Positions 14,098 to 26,769 of a stretch of 64,000 nucleotides of DNA are shown here, piece by piece; position 1 is the first letter of the stretch, and the number at the start of each line of letters is the position of its first letter. The translations under genes and the position numbers were made by a program. Location: assembly GCF_009914755.1 (NCBI RefSeq), contig NC_060944.1; one strand, given 5' to 3'. This stretch comes from the human T2T-CHM13v2.0 reference genome, Homo sapiens. Below the pieces are notes generated by a model, which did no database searches, had not been told where the DNA came from, and worked only from the letters and a program-made list of their open reading frames with translations.

Positions 14098-14268
14098 TCC
14101 TTCTGGCAACCACAGAAGGGACTATAGTGTGGAAACTCCCTTCCTAAATGCTGCTTTTGGGTAAGTGTTGGAGTCCTGTAACATATTTCTGGCTGTCACA
14201 GAACAGATTATAGTGCAGAAACCCTGACCCAAAGGCTACCTTTGAGTAAGTGCTGGGGTCCTGTAATA
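14098..14268 (+). repeat. Two tandem ~85-bp PBS-leader-att units forming the 3' end of the provirus
   Basis: Each unit starts TTCTGGC.. and ends GTCCTGTAA(C/T)A; followed by TSD ATAT (left copy ATAC 7921-7924). Confidence 0.8.
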
Positions 14269-16030
14269 ATATCAAAACCAGGAAAGGACATAACCAAAAA
14301 AGAAAACTACATTCCAATATTCCTGATGAACATAGATGCAAAAATCCTTAACAAAATGCTAGCTAACCGAATCCAACAACATATCAAAAAGATAATCCAT
14401 CATGATCAAGTGGGTTTCATACCAGGGATGCAGGGATGGTTTAACATACATAAATCAATAAATGTGATACACCACATAAACAGAATTAAAAACAAAAATC
14501 ACACGATCATCTCAATAGATGCAGAAAAGGCATTCAACAAAACCCAGTAACATTTATGATTAAAACTCTCAGCAAAATCAGCATACAAGGGACATATATC
14601 AGTATAATAAAAGCCATCTATGACAAACCCACACCCAACATAATACTGAATAGGGAAAAGTTGAAAGCATTCCCTCTGAGAACTGGAACAAAATAAGAAT
14701 GCCCACTCTCACCCCTCTTCTTCAACATATTACTGGAAGTCCTAGCCAGAGCAATCAGGCAAGAGGAAGAAATAAGGGGCATCCAAATCAGTAAAAAGGA
14801 AGTCAAACTGTCACTGTTTGCCGATGATATGATTGCTTACCTAGAAAACCCTAAAGACTCCTCTAGAAAGCTCCTAGAACTGATGAAAGAATTCAGCAAA
14901 TTTCTGGATACAAAATTAATGCACACAAACCAGTAGCTCTTCTATATACCAATAGCGACCAAGCTGAAAATCAAATCAAGAACTCAACCCCTTTTACAAT
15001 AGCTGCAAAACAAAAGTAGGAATATACCTAACCAAGGAGGTGAAGACCTCTACAAGGAAAACTACAAAACACTGCTGAAAGAACTTATAGATGACACAAA
15101 CAAATGGAAACACATCCCACGCTCATGGATGGGGAGAATCAATTTTGTGAAAATGACCATATTGCCAAAGCAGTCTACAAATTCAACACAATTCCCATCA
15201 AAATACCACCATCATTCTTCACAGAATTAGAAAAAACAATTCTAAAATTCATGTGGAACCAAAAAAGAGCCCATATAGCAAAAGCAAGACTAAGAAAAAA
15301 AATCTGGAGGCATCACACTACCTGATTTCAAACTATACTACATAAGACCATAGTCACCAAAACAGCATGGTGCCTATACAAATAGGCACATAGACCAATG
15401 GAACAGAACAGAGAATCCAGAAATAAACCCAAATGCTTACAGCCAACTGATCTTCGACAAAGCAAACAAAAACATAAAGCGGGGAAAGGACACTGTTTTC
15501 AACAAACAGTGCTGGGGTAATTGGCTAGCCACATGTAGGAGAATAAAACTGGATCCTCATTTCTCATCTTATACAAAAATCAACTCAAGATGGATTAAGG
15601 ACTTCAATCTAAGACCTGAAACTATAAAAATTCTAGAAGATAACATTGGAAAAACTCTTCTAAACATTGGTTTAGGTAAGGATTTCATTCATGACTAAGA
15701 ACCCAAAAGCAAATGCAATAAAAACAAAGAAAAATTGCAGGGACTAAAACTAAAGAGCTTTTGCATGGCAAAAGGAATAGTCAGTTGAGTAATTACAGAT
15801 AACCTACAGAGTGGGAAAGAATCTTCACAATCTATCCATCTGACAATGGACTAATATCTAGAATCTACAATGAACTCAAACAAATCAACAAGGAAAAAAA
15901 CAAAAAATCCCATCAAAACGTGGGCTAAGGGCAAGAATAGACAGTTCTCAAAAGAATACATACCAATAGCCAACAAACATATAAGAAAACACTCAACATC
16001 ATTAATGATCAGGGGAATGCAAATCAAAAC
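14269..16030 (+). mobile_element. L1PB ORF2 continuation (RT and C-terminal region)
   Basis: Resumes exactly at the break (CCCTAATAC|CAAAACCAGG); [49 protein letters not shown]; TTTGCCGATGATATG (FADDM) near 14818. Confidence 0.9.
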
Positions 16031-16073
16031 CACAATGAGATACCACTTCACACTCATTAGGATGGCTATTATC

Positions 16074-16104
<31 letters not shown>

Positions 16105-16810
16105 CAAGTGTTGGCCTGGATGTGGATAAATTGGAGCACTGTGCATTGCTGATGGAAATGTAAAATGGGGCAGCCACTGTGGAAAACAGCATGCAGTTAC
16201 TAAAAAAAAAAATTAAACATAGAATTACTACTTAATCCAGCAAGTCTACTTCTGGATATATCTACATATCAATTGAAAGCAGGGAGTAAGACAGATATTT
16301 GTACACCCGTGTTCACAGTAGCATTATTTACAATAGCCAAAAGGTGGAAACAACCCAAGTGTTCATCAATGGATAAACGGATAAACAAATATGGTATACA
16401 CATAATTAATGGCACTGAAATACCTTCAGCCATAAAAGAAAGGAAATTCTGACATGCTCTATATAATATGGAGAAGCCTTGAAAATGTTATGCAAAGTAA
16501 AATAAGCTAGACACAGAAGGAAAAATATTGCATGACTCCACTTATATGAAGTATATAGAATAGGCACCTCATAGAGACGAACATAGGTTAGAGGTCACAG
16601 GGGCTGGGGGCTGGGGAGTTATTTTTTACTGGGTACAGAGTTTCTGTTTGGGTGATTTAAAAAGTTTTGGAAATAGTGGTAACGGTTGTACAACATTGTA
16701 ATGTAATTAATAGCACGGAATTATACACTTAAATATGGTAAAATGGCAATAATCATTGATCATACTTATATCATATTGATCATATATATTTCACAACAAT
16801 TAAAAAATAG
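16031..16810 (+). mobile_element. L1MB-like ORF2 end and 3'UTR
   Basis: AATTGAAAGCAGGG..ACAGATATTTGTACACC and GGGTACAGAGTTTCTGTTTGGG motifs; A-rich end near 16800. Confidence 0.75.
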
Positions 16811-18059
16811 TAAAAGGAAACCCTACCCACAAAAAACATAAATGATTAAAGCATTTTAAAATATGATAGTGAGTATTTATCTGATCTTTAAATGGGAAAG
16901 GTAATTCAAAGGATAAATCCAATAAGAAACTCATAAATGAAAATATTAATAGAAATTTTCCAAACAGGAATTAAAATCCCTTTAATTTCCAAAAGGGTGT
17001 ATAAACAAAATAAAGATGCATCCAGAAATACATTTAATAATTATAACATTTGACAAAAGGTTAACCCTTAAAATATAGTATCATATAATTTAATAAAAAT
17101 CACACCACGCCCCACAAAAATTCATGGGCAAAAGCAAAATATGATAATTCACCAAAAAGAAATACTTTTATTTAATAAATATTTTATGCTTTTCAGCCTC
17201 ATTGGTAAAAAAAATAATAATTTTTAAAATGAAATATTTCTTCCCAATTATCATGAGAATATACAGGACTGGTGAAAGATTATAAATTTCTCCAACAATT
17301 TTTGAATGACTTTTTAATAGTATGTACCAAAGAATGTTTGTATTTTTAAAAATAATAATTTCACTTCTAGGAACTTAGCCTAAGAAATGTTTCCCTGACT
17401 GCAGTATATAATTAAGAATTATATTCATTTTGCATTATTTAAAATTGTGAACAATTGGTAACAGAATGAACAATAGGGGAATATTTTGGAAAACCACATT
17501 TCATCATGTTAAGGAGAAAAGCCAGAAGATAAAGTTGGATATAATGTAGGATCACAATTAACTAAGTGTGCATGAAAATACGCCAACAATTTTACAGCTA
17601 TTGGTGATACTTTGGCCCCTTTTTTCTTTTTTGTACTTCTCAATTTTTCTATAATTAACTGTCACTTTTGTAATGAAGAAGAGAACTTAACCAATGGTAT
17701 TGTATAAGATAATGACTTAGAAAATCTGGAAGAGTACTATTTATTTTGATTCTTTGGAGGCAAATAAAGTAAAAAAAATCTTCTTTCTAATTAAGTCAAA
17801 ATGATTTGGGAACAAAATGAAATCCTGATAGAATAAGAGGGCATGAAAATGTCTATTTCAAGAGACCTGGCTTCTGGCTTTTCTAGAATCATGTGTAGGC
17901 AACAATTATTACTGTTATTCCTGCAGACTCAGTAGTTTAGTCTCAAAATATGTGATCTGATCTTATTTGTTTGGGTTCCATATTTATGCAACAAATATTA
18001 ACTGAGCCCCTACTCTGTATCTTAGACTGTTACAGAGGGAAAAAAAAGAAAGTTTGTTA

Positions 18060-18230
18060 ATAACAGCTGCTGCTTATTGAGTACCTACATGAATGTTGGA
18101 GGTGTTATAACTCTACAAGGTGGAACTATGATTCCCTCTTTACCAAGGAGGTAACTAAAGACCAGAGAGGAACTTGCTCCAGTTCCTTTATTGTTCCCAT
18201 AGCAATAAAGTAATGGATGTGGTTTTTAAC
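18060..18230 (-). mobile_element. MIR fragment
   Basis: Degenerate MIR core (TTATTGAGTACCTAC...GGTAACTAAAGACCAGAGAGG). Confidence 0.5.
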
Positions 18231-19072
18231 CCATCCCACAATCTTTCAGTTGCTCCATGCCATCATGCTTCCAAAATAGCGAGTGATGGCATTCCATTAC
18301 AGAACATAAATACATCTTGCCATGAGCAGTCTTACGGCCCCAGGCTTGGCTGTGCTCTCTCCCCTGGCATACTCTCCTGGGCTATGTGCCCCTCCCACCT
18401 CTGAAGTGCAAATGTGCCAGCTGGACAAAACACCTAGATCCCCAAGAAGGGTGCGGAGCAGGCAGCTCTCCCAATGCATGCTGGTCTGACAGGTTTGCTT
18501 TAGTGCCCAGATCCTATCGAGGTCTTGAACCTGTCCTGAGGGAGAGTTGTTGACAGAAAGGTGTAGAGGGATAACATATTTGTCAGCAAAATCGCTAAGG
18601 GGTAAGCAGAGCTCTGCTGGCAGCCGAGTTTCTGTGGGATAAAGAGACACATGCCCTTAGTTGGTTATGCACACAAAGCAACCAATAGGTCCAGGCTTTC
18701 TGGCTCTCCGTCAGCTTAATCAGACAGAAAATCACTGAGGTATTAAAACATTTTGGAGAAACTCAAACAACTCAGCCCTCAGATGCCTCATCTTGTAAAG
18801 TTTGCACGCTGAGCCAGAACTAAATAATTTCCAAGGTTTCCTACAGTTCAAGGAGCTTGTGATTTGGTTTGCACAAGACTTGGAAAAACATTTATCATTT
18901 GATATTAAATTAAAATCTAAGATAATACTATATTCCTAGAATGGTCCCAAATAGATTTAAAATAATTACATTTTCATAGGAAAAAGGCTCGGAGAGATTT
19001 CTAAAAATATTTATAACGTGTGATCATAGATGATGTAAATTTTTTGCTTATTTCTCTTATGGGTCTTGTTAA

Positions 19073-19144
19073 ATATTAAATGTCTATATTATTTAATTAT
19101 TAAATGTGTATATTGTTTAATTATTAAATGTTTATATTGTTTAA
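19073..19144. repeat. Three-copy 24-bp AT-rich minisatellite
   Basis: TTATTAAATGTNTATATTRTTTAA x3. Confidence 0.85.
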
Positions 19145-19189
19145 GCAGTTACTTGCAGCTGAATGTAACCTAACTAATAGAAGAGATTA

Positions 19190-20660
19190 TTTTAGAGTGT
19201 TTGGGGAAGGGTCTCTGAGCAGGTGACATTTAACTGATGTGAAGAAGTGAGCCATGTGAAAGAATAGGGAAGGACATTCTTGGCGAATGGAACAAGAACA
19301 AATTGGTTTGTTCCAGGACAGCAAGAAGGAAGACTAATGTGTCTGGGGCACAGGGAGGTGGGGGATGAGGTCACCAAAGGGGGCAAGGCAGATAGCGAGA
19401 GTGAGTATGGGTTAAGAACCAGGGCTGGAGAGGGAGGCATGGACTAGACCACAAAAGCCTTGGAGTTGTACCATGTTCTGTGATTCCAGGTACAATGGTA
19501 AGTAAGCCATGGTTGGGCTTCGAGTATAGTGACATGTTCTGATTTTTGGTTTAGAAAGCAAACTGCTGAAGGCAGAGAGATCAGTTAGGAGCTATGGCTG
19601 TAGTCCCTGTGTAAGATGATGGTGGCTTGGACAGGGTGTCAGCCATGGGGGTGACAAGAAGCAGTCAGGCTTTGTTGATGGATTGGATATGGGGTGTGAG
19701 AAGTACAGAGGAGTGAAAAATGACTCCCAGGCTTTTTGTCTGAGCCACTGGGTGGATGGTTGTGCCATATTCCAAGAAGGTAAGACTGCAGGAAGAAGGA
19801 GCTTGGGATGGGTTAAAAAGAAAGTTTTGCTTGGACATATTGAGTTTTAAATGCTTATTTGGCAACCACATTGAGATGCTAAGGAGATAATTGATGGCTG
19901 CATCTGGAACTTAGGGAAGACGTATGAGGCAGAAATATACATATGGGTGTCATCAGCATAGAAATGGTGTTTGGAATCAAGGGACAGAGATCGCCAAGAG
20001 AAGGGGGTAGAGAGGGAAGAGAAGAGCCCAAGGCTGAGCCTCAGGTACCTTAACACTTAGAAGTGCAGAAGGAGGAGCCTGGAGAAGGGGCTGTGAAGAA
20101 GTGGTCAGTAGGGTAGGGAGAACGAGGAGGGTGTGGGGTCTTAGAAACATGTGAAGAAAGTGTTTTCAGGAGGTGGAAGTAACCAACTATTCCAAATGTT
20201 GCTCAAAGTTTCAGTAAGACAAAGATATGGCATTGTCCATTGGATTTGGCAAAATGGAGATCCATTATGACCTCAAAGAGTGTGCTCAGTGGCATTGATT
20301 AAAGAGAAGAAGAGAAGTGAATCAATGGAGATGTCAAAACATGTGCCTTTGTTATGAGTGCACATGGGGGAATGGTACAGTACGTAGAGAACGTAGAGTC
20401 CTGGGAGGAGCTTTTGAAGACAGAGAAACTGGAACATGCTTGCATGCTGCTGAGGATAGTCCAAGAAGAAATCCATGATGTAGGAGAGAGAATTACAGGG
20501 AAGAATCCCTGGGAAGAGGTAGAGGAGATGGTGTCTGGGCAAGAGTGGTGAGCTAAATTTGGATAGAAGATGGGTCAATTTATGTATGGAGCTGGAGGGA
20601 AGGAGGCTGCATGGAGACAGATGCAGCTGGGCTGGGAAGTTAGTGGTGGGAATATGAGGC
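19190..20660 (-). mobile_element. L2 LINE, ~1.5 kb
   Basis: GA-rich reverse L2 motifs (CTCTGAGCAGGTGACATTTAA, GATTGGATATGGGGTGTGAG, TTGGATTTGGCAAAATGGAG). Confidence 0.8.
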
Positions 20661-20675
20661 TGTTGTCCTCCCTCC

Positions 20676-20956
20676 TTTTTTCGAGACAGGGTCTCACTCT
20701 GTCTCCTAGGTTGGAGTGCAGTGGTATGGTCATAACTCACTGTAGCCTTGAACTCCTGGGCTCAAGCAATCCTCTGACCTCAGCCTCCTGAATAGGTGGG
20801 ACTACAGGTGTACACCACCATGCCCAACTAATTTATTTTTATTTTTTAGTAGAGATAAGGTCTCTCTATGTTGTCCAGGCTGGTCTTGAACTCCTGGGCT
20901 CTCACCTTGGCCTCTCAAAGTGCTGGGATTACAAACGTGAGCCACCTTGCACAGCC
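20676..20956 (-). mobile_element. AluJ
   Basis: GAGACAGGGTCTCACTCTGTC...CCTGGGCTCAAGCAATCC. Confidence 0.9.
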
Positions 20957-21048
20957 AGTTCTCCATTCTTCTGATTGATTTTGCTCTCTCTGTGAAATAA
21001 GAAACAAAGCCGTTGTATTGGAGTGGGAAAGTGAATGAACTAGGTTGG

Positions 21049-21566
21049 GCAGTTTTCAAACTTTTTGGTCTCAGGACCCCATTACTCTCTTAAAAATTGA
21101 AGACCTCAAGGAGTTTTTATTTGTAGGGGTTATCTCTATCCAAATATACTGTTTTTTTAAATGAAAAAAATTAAATTTAATTATACATTTTTAAAGTAAG
21201 AGTACTAAACCCATTATATATTAGCATGACTCATTGTATTAAAAAATAACTATTATCCAAAACAAAAAAAAATAGTGAGTGTGGTAAGAACCAGGGCTGG
21301 GAAGTGAGTGAAGTGGCAATTTTACCTTTCTTTCCCAAATTATTTTAATGTCTGGCTTAATAGAAGATAGCTGGATTCTCATAACTGCTTCTGCATTTGA
21401 TCTGCTAAGATGACGTACTTCCTGTAGCCTCTGGGAAACTCCACTGTACAGTTGTGAGAAAAGAAGAATGGAAAAAATAACTTCTTGATATTACTATGAA
21501 TATTTTTAGACCACACAGGCCCCTGAAAGGGTCTCAGGCACCCCATTCACACTTGGAGAAATGCTG
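21049..21566 (+). mobile_element. hAT-Charlie DNA transposon (MER119-like)
   Basis: TIR-like ends CAGTTTTCAAACTT...TTGGAGAAATGCTG; internal GGTCTCAGGACCCC. Confidence 0.7.
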
Positions 21567-23046
21567 GGCAAAGGAAGGATGGTAAGATTGCTTGGCAGAG
21601 CCTGGGCTCAAATTCAGGTTTGTCTGATTCCAAGTTCATGGAAGATTATCAGAGCAGTGAGCCTGGGTTGACCAGCAGCCTCAAATAAGGAAACACGGTT
21701 CTCAACTCAGCCGGTAAGTTAATGCTGAAATGCTGTGGTTCAAACACCTCTTGTGGTACAAAAACCAAGAGGTATCAGTTTAACCAGGAATATTTCAAAG
21801 GCTAAAATTTTCCTGAAGTTTCTATAATCTCAGGAAAGAAGAACCCTGAAGGGTGGGCATAGCACTGGCTCAGCTAGCACTGTCTGGGGCTTAGAGCTGT
21901 ACTTTGTGTTTCCAGCTGCAGTTTCTGATTTCTTTTGGTTCTATTCTATTTAACCATTCTCGGAAGGTCCACTGGATAGCAAGCCCTGTGGGAGAAGCTT
22001 GTATGTGGCTGCTCACTCCCTACACGCTGTAGGCAATGGGGAAACATTTTTTGAGCAGATTGACCCTAAGGAGACAAACACACATGGGTAGCCCCATTCC
22101 ATCTCTTCAAAGGGCTCCCTTGCACTCAGCAGACCCCTGCTGCAACCAGGGGTGTAGAGGAGTGTCTGAGGACGTGAGAGCAATGCTTCTGCTGACCTTC
22201 TCTTGGAAGCTCCTACCTACCCAATACGATGTCCCGGGGTATCTAAGCCACCTTGAGTTTCCTTTAAGTGTTATCAACAGTCTCCTTCATGTTCACGTCT
22301 GGGGTCAGGATTGCAGCTGCAGGCGCAGCTGAACTTGGGAGCTCACTTTGCATTACAGCAGGAAAGATGTTGATAAACCCTCGATCTTCATTTCCCACAC
22401 ACACTTCACTACCTTTGGTGTATTGCTTCTATCAATTCTACTGGAAGGTAGGGAGCAGAATATCCACCCCAAAGGGAGAAAATACTACAAATGCGGATTT
22501 GGGATGATGAAAAAAAGCTCCAGCGAGCGTAGAATTAGGGTCTAGCTCCACCCTTTGTGCAACAGTGTCATGTGACCTCCACAAATACTGGGACTCATTT
22601 TAAAATGATGTGCTCACCCCCGACCCTTTCTGCTGTGTATTTACTGACTTCCTTTGTCGTCAGTGATTCAGATCTGGGTGTTTACTTCATGAGCTCAGCC
22701 AGTAACCTTGAAGAACTTGAGTTTCCTCTACTATCCTTTTAACCAAAATTCCTTTTTCCTTCTCCAGGCTGTTTCCCATATAAGGTTCATGACCCCCAGT
22801 GAGGATGAAACTGCCTGCAAGGTTTGTCTTCTCTCCTGTTCACTGGTTACTCAGCCAGGCTGATTCATGGGCTTCTCAAAGGAGCTTGTTTATCAGAAGC
22901 TTGTCTAAGACACCACGTCTTCCAGAAAATCTCACCTGAGTCACCAACAGATTCCTCTAAGAGTCTGTAAGCCACTCCTGACCAGCAGGAAACCCCAACA
23001 GAGGCAAAGAATAGGAAATTAAATATTTCGTCAAGAAAAAATGAGA

Positions 23047-23328
23047 GGCTGGGTGCGGTGGCTCATGCCTATATCCCAGCACTTTAGGAGGCCTAAGCGG
23101 GCGGATCATTTGAGGTCAGGAGTTTGAGACCAGCCCGGCCAACATGGTGAAACCCTGTCTCTACTAAAAATACAAAAACAATTAGCTGGGCATGGTGGTG
23201 GGTGCTTGTAATCCCAGCTACTGGGGGAGGCTGAGGCGGGAGAATCGCTGAAACCCAGGAGACAGAAGTTGCTGTGAGCCGAGACCACACCACTGCACTC
23301 CAGCCTGGGTGAGAGTGAGACTGTCTCA

Positions 23329-23354
<26 letters not shown>
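23047..23354 (+). mobile_element. AluS
   Basis: Full dimer with long poly(A). Confidence 0.95.
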
Positions 23355-23359
<5 letters not shown>

Positions 23360-23614
23360 AAAGCTCCCATTTAGATCACTCGGACAAAAGATTTCTTTTT
23401 GTGCCAAAATGTTCCACTAGGCTTCCAGTTTTTACCACATAACTTGACAGTCATGCAAGACTTAAGTGTATTTTCAGCTATCCTTTCTCTTTCATTTATT
23501 TCTGTTTAATAAGCTCTGTCCATTGATTCTAGTTAGTACATTATATATCTTTTTAATCACTTACCTGCAGTGAGCATCTTTCCATGTTGGTAAATACCGG
23601 TGCTACTACTGTTA

Positions 23615-23828
23615 CTACTGAGTACTTATTCCATGTCAAATCCTCTGCCAAGCATTTTCAAGCATTGTCTCATTGCCTTCTTGCCACAACCCTATGAAGA
23701 GGCCGTGACTGTCCTCATCCAATGGAGGAGGAAGCTAAGGCTGAGAGCAATTAACACAGCTGTGAGTGAACAGGTAGGATTTAAAGCCAGGCAGTATGAT
23801 TCCGGAGCCTACGCTTTTAATCACTGTT
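23615..23828 (-). mobile_element. MIR within a degraded L1M fragment
   Basis: CACAACCCTATGAAG...GGAAGCTAAGGCTGAGAG...GGATTTAAAGCCAGGCAG. Confidence 0.7.
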
Positions 23829-24588
23829 ATTTTACTCTCCTCCACTCCCCAAATATACTGCATTTTTTTTGTGTGATTGTATTGTATTATTCTGTTCTAG
23901 ATGTACTATGATTGATTTCGTCCATGCTGTAATTACACTTCGGTTGGTTTTAGTTTTCACTACTACAAATGGTGTTGCAACGAACGTCTTTGTGGGCAAA
24001 TCTTTACAGGTCATGAATGACCCTTTCCTTAGGACACATATTGCCAAGCTGATCTCCACAAAGGTAGTACACGCCCATCATATTGTACAAAAGTATTCTT
24101 TGCCCTCCACCCTTGACACTGGGTTGCATCTATTTTTTAATTATTGCTGTTAGGATAGAAGAACAAGGCTGACACATTGTTGTTTCAGTTTGTAAGCTAG
24201 AACACTTCATTGCACATTAGCTGTATTCCTTAGGTGTATTTCTTGTTCATGTCCTTTGCCCTCTGAGGTTTGTCTCTTTATCACAGATTTGAGAACTTTT
24301 TGTATATGTCTTATATTTTTAGAATTAATAAATTTAGGGCATAAACCCAATAGAAAGAAAAACAGACTCATTCTGTGTTTTGCATAGCATCTTACCTCCT
24401 ATCCTTCCTCCACATTGATAGTAAAGCATAAGAAATGATTCCTGTGCCCAGAGGTTGAAAGCAGGTCCATTTTAACAAAGTCACTTGGAAGCATCCCCTT
24501 TCTCCAAAAGAAGCTCCCAGCTTCTCCTCCTGCTCTTCGGTCTCAGAGGAAGGGAAGATGTTGGAGAGGAGCATAAAAACTTACTTTG

Positions 24589-25033
<445 letters not shown>

Positions 25034-25464
25034 CTAAGTGGAGTTGTCTTGTTTATACTTGTTTTCCCTTTGTTATTATTTTGGCATTATCATGGATAAT
25101 TCCATACTTCTAGGGTGTAATTCCAGTGTAATTAAACTTGAACAGCCCAATATCACACAATTGATTACATACAGCATTTATTTCTAAGTATTTCAGGGCT
25201 ACGAGTGTGACCAATGCCTGGGGGTGTTGAGAGCTAATTCAGGTGCCACCCTGCTGGTCTGATGGCTCAAGAGGGCTGGTCACACACAAACCATGGGGTT
25301 CATGGGATGTAGATCTTCAGAGCTGGTGGGTTGGGTGGGACCAATGGTTTGGTGCCTGAATCTCAGGCCTCTCTTAGAAGGCTGGCCTCTCCACCCATGC
25401 CCCAGAGATCCCATAGGTCCCTATTGTTCTGTCCACAGTCTCACAGACCCTTGATCCCACCCAC

Positions 25465-25875
25465 CACAAGAAGGGTTCTCAGGAATCAGGCTCTGACATG
25501 GAGTGTAGTGTGCAGGCCGTATATGAAGCAGCACCCTTGTAGAAGGGGAGGGAAGGAGGCAGGAGAGGGCAGAGGGAGAAGTGGAGCTGTGATTCCCATC
25601 CAAGGACACCCTTGGCCAGCTCCATAGGGAGATCTGCAGCAGGACGGCCTTTTCGAGTTGGCCTGAGTTGGTCAAGATAGCCAGCTCTCCACTCCCATAA
25701 CAATCAGCTGTGGGACCTGGGACCACCTGGGAAGGGGTTTCATTGTGGGTGGGGCACTCTCTGACCCAGACCCTGAGGCTCTGATGGTTGGAGGCCCCTG
25801 GAGGCAGTGCTTTCCCCAGCAGGGCTGCAAGCTTGGAAGGAGATGGGGTCAGCATGCCTTGCTGTCCACCACACC
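25465..25875 (-). mobile_element. ERVL solo LTR (LTR16-like)
   Basis: GGCAGAGGGAGAAGTGGAGCTGTGA...; related to the copy at 51183-51575. Confidence 0.6.
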
Positions 25876-26539
25876 CCTCCTTTCTCTGCTTCTCCTGTGC
25901 TACTAGGTCTTCTTCCTCCAGGCTGTCTGCATCTCAGAGTCTTTTCTTGACACTTGCTCTCATTCCTTCCTTCTGCTTCTAGGTATGCCTCTGTTTTGAT
26001 ATCATCACAGCCCCTTCCAATGTGATGTGTCCTTCCACCTTACTGAAAATATTCCCCTAAGTCGCCAAAAGTCCAGGTACTCAGCTTGTCTCCCCTGACC
26101 CACCTCTGACTTCAGCTGCAGCTGGGAGACCATCCCTGGCATCTTAAGGCATCTGGATTGGTGATGGGCAAAATGCCTTCTGCCAAGTCCCTGGCTGAAT
26201 GTGTAGGTGCTGCCAGCCTTACAGGGGGTTGAGGATGGCTTTGTCCTGCCCTGATATTCCACAGGTGAACACTTGATCCTAACCTCTCCTGGCCTCACTC
26301 AGGTGTTCACTAGGGACAGAGAGCAATGCCAGGACACAGTTTTGTCCTACTGATGTAACCAGGTCACTGCCCCAAGCAGAGGGTGGCCATGGTCATGAGG
26401 AAAGAGCAAAGGGAAGCCTGGGGGGGCCGGGGAGTTGGGGTCAGGGAGCGGGTGGCCTAGAACTCATCCAAGGTTTTGGACTGCAAGACCATGTGCGAGA
26501 CGCGGCTCCAACTACCTGGCCTGTGCCCCACTGTCCCGT

Positions 26540-26630
26540 GGGATTCAGCTGCAAAACACAAATCCAAAAATAATACAAGAATTTCAAGATGGCAAATGCA
26601 GAACGATAAGCCCCAAGCACGAGTTCCTCT
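26540..26630 (-). mobile_element. hAT MITE fragment (MER53-like)
   Basis: AAGAATTTCAAGATGGC...AAGCCCCAAGCACG resembles reverse MER53. Confidence 0.45.
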
Positions 26631-26769
26631 TGCAGCTTCCAGCTCTGCCAACTCGTTTCAGTCCCAGTCTCAGGTTTCTGGGTGCCAGGAGGGCAGTTCT
26701 GCCTGCATCTCCGTCATCTCTCAGATTCGACAGGCCCAAAGTCAAATTTCATATGCATCTCCGAACTAG

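Noticed and set aside
8442-14268. PBS-cassette and leader repeats as a CRISPR-like array
   Set aside because: No identical repeats with unique spacers and no cas genes; the context is a eukaryotic ERV
4797-16030. L1 as an active element
   Set aside because: Many stops in ORF1 and ORF2, ORF2 split by a provirus, old subfamily
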